A stretch of 64,000 nt of DNA from Escherichia phage DT57C, in sequence record NC_027356.1; one strand, 5' to 3'. A model generated the notes under the pieces. That model did not search any database. It saw nothing but the letters and a program-made list of their open reading frames with translations, and was not told where the DNA came from. The stretch's first letter is position 1. Every line of letters begins with the position of its first letter. A program made the position numbers and the translations under genes. This document shows positions 54,974-64,000 of this stretch, one piece after another.

Positions 54974-56380
54974 TTATTCACCAGCACTAACTGTGATAGT
55001 TTTAGTACCTTCTACACCAGAACCGTCTTTAGCTACAGCCTTCACAATAACTTCGCCCGTTTTAGAAACATCAGCAGTTAATAGTCCAGATTCGGCATCA
55101 ATCGTAGCGGCATCACCACTAGAAATAGACCAAGTCACAGCCGTATTAGTAGCTTCTGGAGGGGTTACCTCAACAGACATCTGCAAAGTATCACTATTTG
55201 TTACAGAAGTAGCATCAGCAGCAGATTTAACTGTGATTGATTCGACCAGTATTGGTGGAGTTTCAGCACCATCCCCCGTAGCAATCAGATTAGCCACAGT
55301 AGTTTTTGTATACTTGTTAGAAAATCCAAGATAACCTTCGTCACCAGTATCCAAATCTGTAGGAATAGCCTTAAACTCTACTGAAGTACCAAGTACATCA
55401 TCAGTCTCAATAGTAGGAATGTTAACGTGCGCCTGTTTAGCAACTAACACAGCTGCCGGACGTTCATCATCATATTCACCACCAAGGATAAGTGCAATCT
55501 CAAAACGGTTAACTACCTTAAGGGTTCTGACAAGATCTTTGTACAGTTCCATGGAACCAAGAGACTTATCATTAAGGTATGCTGTCAAAGAACCCGTTAA
55601 CTCAAACGCACCCGTAAATGAGCCGATTGGAATATTTACACGTGACATAATATTCGGGGTTAGGTACGTGATGTTGTTATTAATGGTAAAAGTACCACCA
55701 GTAATAGGAATATCATATTCCTTATCAGAATCCATATCCTTAATTTTTAGGATAGTTAACTTGTTCTTAATGTAAGAACTCTGAATAGTCATATAGGTTT
55801 CATCATCAATACCTAGTGCATCTGGATCAAATGGTTGCTCATCCAGTGGGATTAGCTGATTACCATTACCAGACCAAGTTACACGACCAATATCTTCAAT
55901 ATCAACGTTAACTTCTGCCTGGTTGATCTGGCAAGAGTCGATGTAACTCCACGCATTGTCAGTTAGAATGTAAATATGCAGCATAGCCAGTTCGTGATAT
56001 GCGTTATCTTTGAAGTTAACCATGAAGTTAGTAGCATTATTATGTGCTCCAGTATCTCCATCAAGGTCAATAGCTTTACCACTAGAAAGTGCATGCCATA
56101 ACATATAGTCAGGAACAATTTGTTTGCCAGTAGTTGTATCCTCGTATGGTAGGATATAGGTGGAAAAGCTCCACTCAGCCGCGTTCAAGGAATCGTTAAA
56201 ACGTTTAGAACCACGAGTAGGACGCGGACCAGCTTCGTTAACAGTAATATCTGTTGAGTTACTGTCCTGACCCCAAGAAATATCATCCTGAACTAGAATC
56301 TCTTGCGTGTTGGTCGTATCGTGACCAGTCTTAACCGTAGACACGAAGATTCGAGTATTACGTAATAGTTGTAAAGACAT
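54974..56380 (-). CDS. major tail tube protein (pb6-like) with C-terminal Ig-like domain
   Basis: 468 aa; C-terminal Big_2-like segment (ITVKSAADATSVTNSDTLQMSVEVTPP...TWSISSGDAATIDAESG). Confidence 0.7.
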   Translation of the reverse strand: MSLQLLRNTRIFVSTVKTGHDTTNTQEILVQDDISWGQDSNSTDITVNEAGPRPTRGSKRFNDSLNAAEWSFSTYILPYEDTTTGKQIVPDYMLWHALSSGKAIDLDGDTGAHNNATNFMVNFKDNAYHELAMLHIYILTDNAWSYIDSCQINQAEVNVDIEDIGRVTWSGNGNQLIPLDEQPFDPDALGIDDETYMTIQSSYIKNKLTILKIKDMDSDKEYDIPITGGTFTINNNITYLTPNIMSRVNIPIGSFTGAFELTGSLTAYLNDKSLGSMELYKDLVRTLKVVNRFEIALILGGEYDDERPAAVLVAKQAHVNIPTIETDDVLGTSVEFKAIPTDLDTGDEGYLGFSNKYTKTTVANLIATGDGAETPPILVESITVKSAADATSVTNSDTLQMSVEVTPPEATNTAVTWSISSGDAATIDAESGLLTADVSKTGEVIVKAVAKDGSGVEGTKTITVSAGE

Positions 56381-56406
56381 TTAATTATTTTCTCCTAATC
56401 TGTAAC

Positions 56407-56892
56407 TTATCTGCGAAGTGACCTACGTGGAGGCTGATACCTCACTGTTACATTTATTTCTGCTAAACCATATGGGGCCAGTAGACCCTCATCTGTACTA
56501 ACTGATGTAATGCTCATATCAGTCGCCTCACATGGGAAGGTCGATCCATTAGGTTTACTAACAGTATATTCTAAATTTCCACCTGTGTCAATAACGGTTT
56601 TTATATCCGCTACGAGTTTTTCAAGCTGCTCTTGAATGTCTGTTTTCTCTTTATCATAGACCAGAATTGGAAGTTCTAAAAACATCCACTGTTGACCTGA
56701 AGGAAGATACTGCCCAGTTTCAGTTCCGATATGAACTGCAACATAAGGAAACTCTCGTATCTCCTCAAACTTATAAGTTTGACGTGAGACGTTTCCATAC
56801 AAGTTATTAAAATATTCATCTGGTTGAGAGCCATCCATTTGTTGGGCTATTCGGTCAACCAGAGCTTGCGCTATACTTGTTCTGTGATCCAT
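56407..56892 (-). CDS. hypothetical head-tail joining / tail completion protein
   Basis: 161-aa ORF between capsid and tail tube modules. Confidence 0.45.
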   Translation of the reverse strand: MDHRTSIAQALVDRIAQQMDGSQPDEYFNNLYGNVSRQTYKFEEIREFPYVAVHIGTETGQYLPSGQQWMFLELPILVYDKEKTDIQEQLEKLVADIKTVIDTGGNLEYTVSKPNGSTFPCEATDMSITSVSTDEGLLAPYGLAEINVTVRYQPPRRSLRR

Positions 56893-56895
56893 TTA

Positions 56896-57663
56896 TTAGG
56901 TCCCTTGATTAACCTTAATTTTGTATCTGGAGTGAATTAAGTCTCTTGCAGCTTTAGCTATCGCCTCTCCAATTAGTCTTTGAGGGTTTCTAGCACCTGG
57001 GTAGGGTCGTAATGACAATCTTCGATATGTAGATACAGCAGGATTAAATACTGAATATGGACGTACCATATAATTATATGTAACATTTAATTCAGGAGCA
57101 CCTTTGCTAGTTCCAGCATCTCTAAGCATAACATCTTTAACTTTTAGAGAATTTGCAAAACGACCTGTTCTAAATTTAAGTGGAGCTCCTGCTTTTTTCA
57201 TATCCTTTATTAAGTATTCTTTGGCAACCAACTCCAGAATAACCTTCATATTACTATTTGATACAAAACGACCAGAAGCCCCTGATACTGCACCTGAGTA
57301 TCCATCCTCAACATCACTAGGATCACCAAAGTTTACCTGCACTCTACCAGTAGAGCGTTTTTTACCTACAGAAGATTTCTTGCCTGCGGTTGATTGAATA
57401 AGGCTTTCTAAAGCCCCTAGATCTCCTGTCAGGTCTAAGCTAGAAGAAACTGCTTTTAGAATAGAGGCTGTCCTAACACTAAGGAGATCCTGTGATACCG
57501 GTTTTGAGAATTTAAAAGATACTTGAGCAACAGTACCATCTCTAGTAGGATCCTTTAATCCTGTTTCAACAGAATATACAACAGTATTCTTATTGTTCTC
57601 GGAACGCCCAACATTATCTAGCTGCTCTTTAATAATTCGTGTAGCTAAATCAGAAAGAGACAT
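56896..57663 (-). CDS. hypothetical structural protein (255 aa)
   Basis: ORF in the head-tail connector region. Confidence 0.45.
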   Translation of the reverse strand: MSLSDLATRIIKEQLDNVGRSENNKNTVVYSVETGLKDPTRDGTVAQVSFKFSKPVSQDLLSVRTASILKAVSSSLDLTGDLGALESLIQSTAGKKSSVGKKRSTGRVQVNFGDPSDVEDGYSGAVSGASGRFVSNSNMKVILELVAKEYLIKDMKKAGAPLKFRTGRFANSLKVKDVMLRDAGTSKGAPELNVTYNYMVRPYSVFNPAVSTYRRLSLRPYPGARNPQRLIGEAIAKAARDLIHSRYKIKVNQGT

Positions 57664-58175
57664 TATACTCTCCTGTAAACTTCAATAATAGTACGAATAT
57701 GCTCTGGAATACCAGACTTAGTATTATTAAAAGTAACTGTTTCTCCGCCAATTGTTTTAGCTTGACGGTAATCCTGTTTATGCCAGTGATCTACTAACAT
57801 ACATGCTGCAAGTTTGAGATCTTCAGGAATTGGGTTAAATCCACCTTGTGTGTACTCTACATCCATATAACCTTCTGGGGGACTAAATTTAAGAAGTATA
57901 ACCCCATCAGAGTATAACTTATACTGTTCGGGATCTATCTCCTTATCATTAATAGTCATTTTAGTTACTGAAGTAGCTGAGGGAGAACTTAAAAAGTATT
58001 TTTTACGAGTAGGTTTTGTATTGATTAACTGGTCTACCGCATCAGCATCATCCATACCTAAAAGGCTAGTAATCAGCGCATTGGCAGCAGTAATCATCAT
58101 CTCTACTCCAGATTCTAGTTCAGGTCGTTTTAAACCACCGTATAATCTATAGTCTTCAGCTGTGATGATTTGCAT
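57663..58175 (-). CDS. hypothetical head completion protein (170 aa)
   Basis: ORF directly downstream of the capsid gene. Confidence 0.45.
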   Translation of the reverse strand: MQIITAEDYRLYGGLKRPELESGVEMMITAANALITSLLGMDDADAVDQLINTKPTRKKYFLSSPSATSVTKMTINDKEIDPEQYKLYSDGVILLKFSPPEGYMDVEYTQGGFNPIPEDLKLAACMLVDHWHKQDYRQAKTIGGETVTFNNTKSGIPEHIRTIIEVYRRV

Positions 58176-58238
58176 TTATTTTTCCTAATAATAAAAAAAG
58201 GAGAGCCGAAGCTCTCCTTATCGGCTGAAAAGCCTGTA

Positions 58239-59615
58239 TTAAGATGCAGCGTAAGCACCGGATACAACGCCGTTCTCGAAGTAACGTTGCAGGTTAACAC
58301 GCTGAGTAACGTAGTATGCGTCACGCTGTTTGCCAGCTTGGCGCTCACGTTCAACAGTAACAGCACGCTGACGTGGCATCACGAAGTTATCTTTATAAAC
58401 AATAACTGCGAACTCTTTACCAGCTGCTTTAGCTGGGAAGTACTCAGAAACTACAACCGGCAGACCATAAATACGACCAACCTGACCCTGCAGTTTAACA
58501 GCATCATTACCAACCTGAGCAACATCCTGCCATTCTTCATCTTCCAGCAGATCGTAGTAAGCATCCATAGATACAATCAGTACCAGTTTGGACAGTTTCA
58601 GACCATGACGGCCCAGCTTACGACGCAGTTTAGAGATAGTTTTAGCAGTTACCAGAACAGAACCATCAGCTTTAGCTTCGGTAGTAACTTTAGCACTATC
58701 TTCACTAGCAAGAGTCAGCAGACCTTTCGGCTTACCAGAACCATCACCAGTCATGAAGGCTTCTTCAATAGAAACAGCGTGTGCTTCAATTAGACGCTTA
58801 CGAAGCAGTGGCAGCAGGGAGAAGATTGCATCTTCTTCAGTTTCATCAGTAATGAAGGATTTAGCAGCCAGTTTGTAAGTACTGAAGTGGATTTCTGTAA
58901 GAGCGCCTGTAACTTCGCTACCAGTAGTATTGTCACTACCATAAGCAGAAGCAGCAACCCAAGTAGCTCTACCAGCATCCGGTTCAACCAACATAGTAAG
59001 AATCTTACTGGACATCGGCAGTTCTTCGAACAGTGCGCCAACTACTAGCTCTTTCTGCAGGTCACGGATAATACGCTGAGAGAAAATAGTTTCATAGCTT
59101 TCACTAGAAACTTCTACAGAAGAGGACTGATTCACTGCTTTCAGGTGTTTTTGACCGTGTTCGGTTTCGAATACGCCTTTTTCCATTACATAGGACAACA
59201 GAACCAGTTTTTCTACTTCGTCTTCAAAGGTTTCCTGAGTACCGTACAGTGCTTTAGCAACACTATCACCAACGAAGGAACGACCTTCACGAGCTGTTAG
59301 CAGAGACTTAATTTCGTCCTGAAGACCAACAATAGTTTCCTGTTGTTTTTCTACAGTTTGTGCAAACAGTTCTGCACTCTTCTTAGATTTCTCATCCAGA
59401 GACTTAACCAGTTCCAGAGCTTGTTCCAGTTTCTGACGATCTTCGCCAACTGCTTTAGAAACCAGGGCATTCATACGAGCCAGTTCTTTTTCTTCCTGCT
59501 CTTTACGCATACGTTCAGCTTCCTGAGCTTTCTGAGCAGCGGTCAGACCTTCCAGAGATTTAGCCAGATCACCCAGACCAAGTTCTTCTTTCAGCTTATT
59601 AATATCAATAGTCAT
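58239..59615 (-). CDS. major capsid protein (HK97-fold, pb8-like)
   Basis: 458 aa; coiled-coil scaffold-like N-terminal delta domain followed by capsid core. Confidence 0.8.
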   Translation of the reverse strand: MTIDINKLKEELGLGDLAKSLEGLTAAQKAQEAERMRKEQEEKELARMNALVSKAVGEDRQKLEQALELVKSLDEKSKKSAELFAQTVEKQQETIVGLQDEIKSLLTAREGRSFVGDSVAKALYGTQETFEDEVEKLVLLSYVMEKGVFETEHGQKHLKAVNQSSSVEVSSESYETIFSQRIIRDLQKELVVGALFEELPMSSKILTMLVEPDAGRATWVAASAYGSDNTTGSEVTGALTEIHFSTYKLAAKSFITDETEEDAIFSLLPLLRKRLIEAHAVSIEEAFMTGDGSGKPKGLLTLASEDSAKVTTEAKADGSVLVTAKTISKLRRKLGRHGLKLSKLVLIVSMDAYYDLLEDEEWQDVAQVGNDAVKLQGQVGRIYGLPVVVSEYFPAKAAGKEFAVIVYKDNFVMPRQRAVTVERERQAGKQRDAYYVTQRVNLQRYFENGVVSGAYAAS

Positions 59616-59632
59616 TTTTAAATAATTCTCCG

Positions 59633-60265
59633 TTATTCTTTAACGTAGCCTAAAGCTATCGCAAGTTTTTCTAGTTCAGAAAGATTACGTTCTTGAGCTG
59701 GGACAGCTTTAGAACTTATTGCAGTAAAAGATTTACGCCATTCAGTATAATCATGACCATTCATGCTCTTAGCGAGATTGAATGTTGAGTCCTGATTACA
59801 AGGTACAGAAACTACCGAAACTTCGTATAGTTCTAAATCTTTAATAATAAATATATCAGTAGCTTCATCCCACTCTGCATCTAGGCAGCGGAATCCGATA
59901 CTAAAAGTTTTCAGTACACCGTTTTTAATTAGTGAAAAGATAGCTGGGTCAGAACTTTCATAGATCTCACATTCAATTTCGAGACCCATTTCAGTAGGGT
60001 TAAGATCAATACACTTACCGATTGGACGACGATGATCGTGTCCGAAAAGAATAATCGGGTTTTTCATGTAGTTAGTAAGTGCATTAGACGTTTTCCATGC
60101 AGAAGCAGGAATTACATCGCCAGCGCGATCTTTACTAATTGTATTAGCGAATCCACGGATTTTTACAACGCCCTCTTTGGATTCGCTATCAATAGATTTA
60201 ATATAAGCATCTAAATGAACGGGTGCTGATTTTAACTTGTTATAGTCAATAGCAGCTTGTGTCAT
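59633..60265 (-). CDS. prohead protease (pb11-like)
   Basis: 210 aa immediately upstream of the capsid gene; His-containing GHDHRRPIGK segment. Confidence 0.65.
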   Translation of the reverse strand: MTQAAIDYNKLKSAPVHLDAYIKSIDSESKEGVVKIRGFANTISKDRAGDVIPASAWKTSNALTNYMKNPIILFGHDHRRPIGKCIDLNPTEMGLEIECEIYESSDPAIFSLIKNGVLKTFSIGFRCLDAEWDEATDIFIIKDLELYEVSVVSVPCNQDSTFNLAKSMNGHDYTEWRKSFTAISSKAVPAQERNLSELEKLAIALGYVKE

Positions 60266-60268
60266 TTA

Positions 60269-61006
60269 TTATTCTCCAGGAACAGTAGGATTAACTGTCA
60301 CAGCACATGTAGTAGAGTCCTTGCTTACTTGCTTACTATCTGTTACAGTTACTTTATAAGAGCCGGCATCCTCAGCTGCTGCTGCAGGCTTAGTATAGGT
60401 AGCTTCTGAAGCATCCGGAATAGGAGAACCATCTTTAGTCCATGCATAAGTATATGGACCAGTACCACCAGTTGCAGTAACAGAAAGTGTTAATGCTGCT
60501 CCCTCTTCGACTGACATGCTAGCAGCTAAATCTGTAGAAAGAGTTAATGGTGGAATAACCGTAGTCACACACTCAACAGACGTTATACTAGCTTGTTTAC
60601 TATCAGTAACTACTACTTTATAAGTACCAGCGTCTTCCGCAGCTGCTGTAGCTTTAGTAAAGTTAGGTCCTGATGCTTCTAGAGGAGAACCATCCTTAGT
60701 CCAAGCATACGTATATGGAGCTGTACCGCCACTAACTGTTACGCTTAGATTAATTGCCGCTCCAGTATCAACTGCCAGAGTGCTATCTAGATCCTTAGTA
60801 AAAGCCAGAGGAGGAAATGCTTTATCATAAGCCTCTACAAATTTCTTCCATACTTTACGGTTAGTATGCGCAGATGAAAGTCCTAGTTCTCTACGCAGAA
60901 AAGCATAGCTAGGAACATATTCATGCGCAGCGACCGTAGCAAAGAAGATATGAGATTCTGGCAGTTTTTCACCAAAAATGGTCTTTAGACCATTATAATC
61001 AATCAT
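60269..61006 (-). CDS. head decoration protein with two tandem Ig-like domains (pb10-like)
   Basis: N-terminal domain plus duplicated Ig-like module (LSVTVSGGTAPYTYAWTKDGSP... / LTLSVTATGGTGPYTYAWTKDGSP...). Confidence 0.6.
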   Translation of the reverse strand: MIDYNGLKTIFGEKLPESHIFFATVAAHEYVPSYAFLRRELGLSSAHTNRKVWKKFVEAYDKAFPPLAFTKDLDSTLAVDTGAAINLSVTVSGGTAPYTYAWTKDGSPLEASGPNFTKATAAAEDAGTYKVVVTDSKQASITSVECVTTVIPPLTLSTDLAASMSVEEGAALTLSVTATGGTGPYTYAWTKDGSPIPDASEATYTKPAAAAEDAGSYKVTVTDSKQVSKDSTTCAVTVNPTVPGE

Positions 61007-62220
61007 TCTTTATCTCCCTCGGTGGAACCTTGAGGTCTACCACCTTCTTGACCAGATACACCTGTTGCAGAACCAGCAACGTTAGCAGGAATACGAATCC
61101 TATTCATCTGCTCATCATCTAAAGGTTCAAGGTTCAGCTCTAAACGAGCTTCGTTACCAGTCATAATACCATTATTAACCAATGAGGTTAAATGTTTAGC
61201 CTCAGCTTCTTTATCTGGTGTTAATGCAGCTACCTCCTTAGTATTAGGGGTAATCTTATAACCAAAAAAGAAAGTAAGAGAACTAGTCAGTTTGTTCAGC
61301 ATAGGAATGATAGTCATATAGTAGAACAATTCGATGTTTGGTCGAATATTCGCATTATTACCACCATCAATCAGTACTTGCGGAACACCAAAGGCTAGAC
61401 AGATAGATTTATTAAATCCTGCGATGTCTTCCTTAAAGTCTAGATCTTTAAAAGAGGATATTTGGGAGTACGGTTTAGCTTTCATACCACCATCTAGAAT
61501 CAGGACAGAAGACTGACCCGTACTAGGATTATAATCGAGTTGTAATTCTTCTTGTTTACGCTCACGCAATTTCTTGTTCAGGATTTCATCCGTTTCAAGA
61601 ATAAGACCAATCACGGTTCCGTTATCTAGGAACTTCTCTTTAAAGTTAAGCATTTTAGAACGCTTCTCAAGAGAGTCAATAACAGTAGCAACACGAGATT
61701 GTCCAGAAATTTGAGAATTTGTGCCACACACGTAACTGTTATCCTTTATAAAGATAATCTCATCTACGCGATAGTTTATCTGATTATTAAATATAAATTT
61801 TTTGATAAACTTATTGGCATCTGCCTCGACCTGCATGAGAGCGGCCGGGACATGGTAAAGCGATGTGCCATCCCAATAGATGTATGCACAACCCTCAAAA
61901 AGTAGGTCAGTGACTACAAGTCTACGGAATGTGCTTATATCCATGAATGGATTAGGTCGTACATTTAAGAGAGTGTCTAGAGTCTTTGTTTTGACGCCAT
62001 TAGCGTACGTAACAATATTATATTTATCTCCGACAGTATAAGAACACTCCGCCGCACTATCTATAACCATATTGGCAGTTCGATTGAGAATCTCAATCTT
62101 GCTATAGGCTTGTCCAGTGGTAAAAGGCTTACGGTTAGTGCGATGACTAACTGGTTCCATGTCTCTTATAATACGTTGACCCGGATTTAGCTTTTCAGTA
62201 ATCCAGCTTTTAAAACCCAT
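61003..62220 (-). CDS. portal protein (pb7-like)
   Basis: 405 aa between the HNH/terminase and protease/capsid genes. Confidence 0.75.
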   Translation of the reverse strand: MGFKSWITEKLNPGQRIIRDMEPVSHRTNRKPFTTGQAYSKIEILNRTANMVIDSAAECSYTVGDKYNIVTYANGVKTKTLDTLLNVRPNPFMDISTFRRLVVTDLLFEGCAYIYWDGTSLYHVPAALMQVEADANKFIKKFIFNNQINYRVDEIIFIKDNSYVCGTNSQISGQSRVATVIDSLEKRSKMLNFKEKFLDNGTVIGLILETDEILNKKLRERKQEELQLDYNPSTGQSSVLILDGGMKAKPYSQISSFKDLDFKEDIAGFNKSICLAFGVPQVLIDGGNNANIRPNIELFYYMTIIPMLNKLTSSLTFFFGYKITPNTKEVAALTPDKEAEAKHLTSLVNNGIMTGNEARLELNLEPLDDEQMNRIRIPANVAGSATGVSGQEGGRPQGSTEGDKE

Positions 62221-62657
62221 TATAAGAACCTTGCGAATCCTGATTTTGTTTCAGTCTTGACTTGTGTCTTTTCTTGAGGATTCTGTAATTTGTCTTTCTG
62301 CTTTTGAACCCATGCTTTCTGTTTATCAGCAGAAAATAATGGAGGTTCTTTCGTGTAAACCTTATGTAATAGTTGGTGATGGTGCTGGCACAATGTTACC
62401 ACGTCCCTAACTAACTCATGCTCATATTTCTTGTAGAATGCTTCCCTATTTGAAAGGACGATATTCTCATCAGTGAAATCCAGCTGGAGTTCTTTAGCAA
62501 ATTTTTTTATTAGCTGAGATATAGTATGATAATGGTGAAGTTCTAGGTCTTCACTACTACCACATATAGCACAGCAACCATCCTTACTATACCTAGATTT
62601 TATACCATCCCTCATTATAGAGATGGCATCACGTTTGTACTTAGTATTAGTGGCCAT
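62220..62657 (-). CDS. HNH endonuclease-domain protein (packaging-associated)
   Basis: Cys/His signature CCAICGS...LHHYH...CQHHHQLLH; ATG at 62657 preferred. Confidence 0.6.
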   Translation of the reverse strand: MATNTKYKRDAISIMRDGIKSRYSKDGCCAICGSSEDLELHHYHTISQLIKKFAKELQLDFTDENIVLSNREAFYKKYEHELVRDVVTLCQHHHQLLHKVYTKEPPLFSADKQKAWVQKQKDKLQNPQEKTQVKTETKSGFARFL

Positions 62658-63114
62658 AATCCCCCAATCCAAAGCTACTTAGAAAGATTACTATATCCTC
62701 TAGGGCAACATTGAGATTCCATCTAATGTGGTATAGCATATATGACCCTTATTGTGTTATAGATGTAGTTTTTATTATTATAGTTATTTAATAGCACATA
62801 CTCTATTCTGGGTATTTTGGCTTTAATAGCTACATCTAGTGATATAGTGTAGAGGTGTAATGTGGTGTTGCTTCCCAAACGTGTGCTCTCTGGCATTTAA
62901 ATACTGTTTTTGTACGTTGGTTTACATATTCACCGACAATTTGGATTCCACGATCAGCTAATCTAATATTTATATCTTTTATTGTTAGCTTTTGTCGACC
63001 CGTAGAATCTCCTACACCTCATGTAGAGCATTAATTTTTTCTTGTTTACGTTCTATTATGGGAGAAGTTCTCCCGATCAATGAATATAGTATACATAATC
63101 GTATCGAATTTGTA

Positions 63115-63168
63115 AAGGGGATTTTAAAATACAGGAATGGGATACCAACTGAGTAGTATCCCATCCTA
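63115..63168 (-). terminator. rho-independent terminator after the terminase gene
   Basis: Hairpin ggatgggatac-tactcagttg-gtatcccattcc followed by UGUAUUUU on the minus strand. Confidence 0.55.
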
Positions 63169-63175
63169 TACTTAT

Positions 63176-64000
63176 TTATTTACCACGGGAAATAGAGTAA
63201 ATTCCATAGCGGAGCGCATCACAAAGGTGAGAGTTAGCATCATGACGTGGTCTTTCACGTGATAATTTCTCTTCGCCTTCTTGGAAATCCCACTTATAGT
63301 TCTGCAATGCATGAATTAAGGAGGAACATGAGGCATCCACAATAATTTTCCCTTGCTGGAATAACGCTTGCAAACATGCTAGACCATCTAGGACAGATTT
63401 TTTAGCCGGAGCCGACGCGATTTCATGCTCATACGCTAAGTCCTGGCGGAACTGAGCTGCTGCAGAGTCAACAAAAATACGATCAACTTTATAACGATCT
63501 ATACAGTGCTGAATATAAGCAGCATGCTGAGCTGTAGTTTTCTCCGCCTGCTGGTACTCTTCTAACACATAGTAAGTATCCGTATCGTAATGATATTTAA
63601 TAGTAAGAACTGCTGTAGGATCACGATAACCAACGTCAATACCAAGCAACGTTTCGAATGCTTCATCATCTTTAAAGAAGTGGCGCATACCTTTGAGGTC
63701 TTTAACATGATCGATAGCATTGAAAGTATCAAATATCTGGCCTTCGAATACAGAGAAGTCAGCCTCGTATTCCTGACGGAAGTAGTTTTTACTAACTGTA
63801 CGACGTGCTTCCTCAATGTCATGCAAGTCAGCACGTGGGTTATCACGATATGTACCATGAATGGATACCCAGTTAGGCAACGTATCATCAAATCCGTAGG
63901 CGTAAAACTCTTTAAACCAGTTACCTCCACGAGGGGTGGAAATAAATAGAGCCTTAGAATTAGGTTTATCTAGAGTAGGACGCAGCTGAACCCTGAAGGC
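63176..64000 (-). CDS. terminase large subunit, C-terminal nuclease region (5'-partial)
   Basis: Reading frame stays open upstream of the track's TTG to the window end (hand translation AFRVQLRPTLDKPNSKALFISTPRGGNWFKEFYAYGFDDT...); RNase H-like nuclease motifs (LLGIDVGYRDPTAV, IFVDSAA). Confidence 0.75.
   Translation of the reverse strand, partial: AFRVQLRPTLDKPNSKALFISTPRGGNWFKEFYAYGFDDTLPNWVSIHGTYRDNPRADLHDIEEARRTVSKNYFRQEYEADFSVFEGQIFDTFNAIDHVKDLKGMRHFFKDDEAFETLLGIDVGYRDPTAVLTIKYHYDTDTYYVLEEYQQAEKTTAQHAAYIQHCIDRYKVDRIFVDSAAAQFRQDLAYEHEIASAPAKKSVLDGLACLQALFQQGKIIVDASCSSLIHALQNYKWDFQEGEEKLSRERPRHDANSHLCDALRYGIYSISRGK

Noticed and set aside
62729-62896. 55-codon minus-strand ORF in the terminase-portal gap
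   Set aside because: No Shine-Dalgarno sequence upstream and an Asn/Tyr/Ile-rich product consistent with chance translation of AT-rich DNA.
63562-63949. Two overlapping ORFs (122 aa minus, 119 aa plus) within the terminase gene
   Set aside because: They are alternative frames of the terminase nuclease-domain region; the terminase frame is continuous and motif-bearing.
1-64000. CRISPR array, integrase/transposase, or toxin-antitoxin pair
   Set aside because: No spaced direct-repeat arrays, no tyrosine or serine recombinase or DDE transposase signatures, and no small bicistronic toxin-antitoxin architecture were seen; the gene content is that of a virulent phage.

Overview
The window reads as a contiguous segment of a T5-like (Tequintavirus-type) virulent coliphage genome, with no tRNA, rRNA, CRISPR, integrase or transposase detected. 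Positions 1-11.7 kb are minus-strand early genes: SleB-like cell-wall hydrolase, DEDDh exonuclease, RNase H, thymidylate synthase, DHFR, NrdB, an HNH endonuclease inserted between nrdB and nrdA, NrdA and PhoH. Positions 12-37.6 kb are plus-strand early genes: NrdD, small unknown genes, a large Walker A/B replication protein, a split NAD-dependent DNA ligase, DnaB-like helicase, primase, family-A DNA polymerase, SF2 helicase, SSB-like protein, SbcD/SbcC-like nuclease pair, PD-(D/E)xK nuclease, flap endonuclease and dUTPase. Positions 37.8-64 kb are minus-strand late genes: two tail fibres, baseplate proteins, tape measure, tail-assembly chaperone pair, tail tube, capsid, protease, Ig-like decoration protein, portal, HNH and a 5'-partial large terminase. 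Early genes are punctuated by near-consensus sigma70-type promoters (TTGCTT, 17 bp, TATAAT) fused to a conserved short leader, and by rho-independent terminators. I found no defence or anti-defence system of recognisable architecture. The most unusual items are a ~650-bp ORF-free structured region (15650-16314), a possible +1 frameshifted chaperone pair, a receiver-like small protein, two host-codon-optimised repeat proteins, and a 9-bp hairpin abutting the polymerase RBS. All product calls rest on motifs read by eye; nothing was searched against a database.
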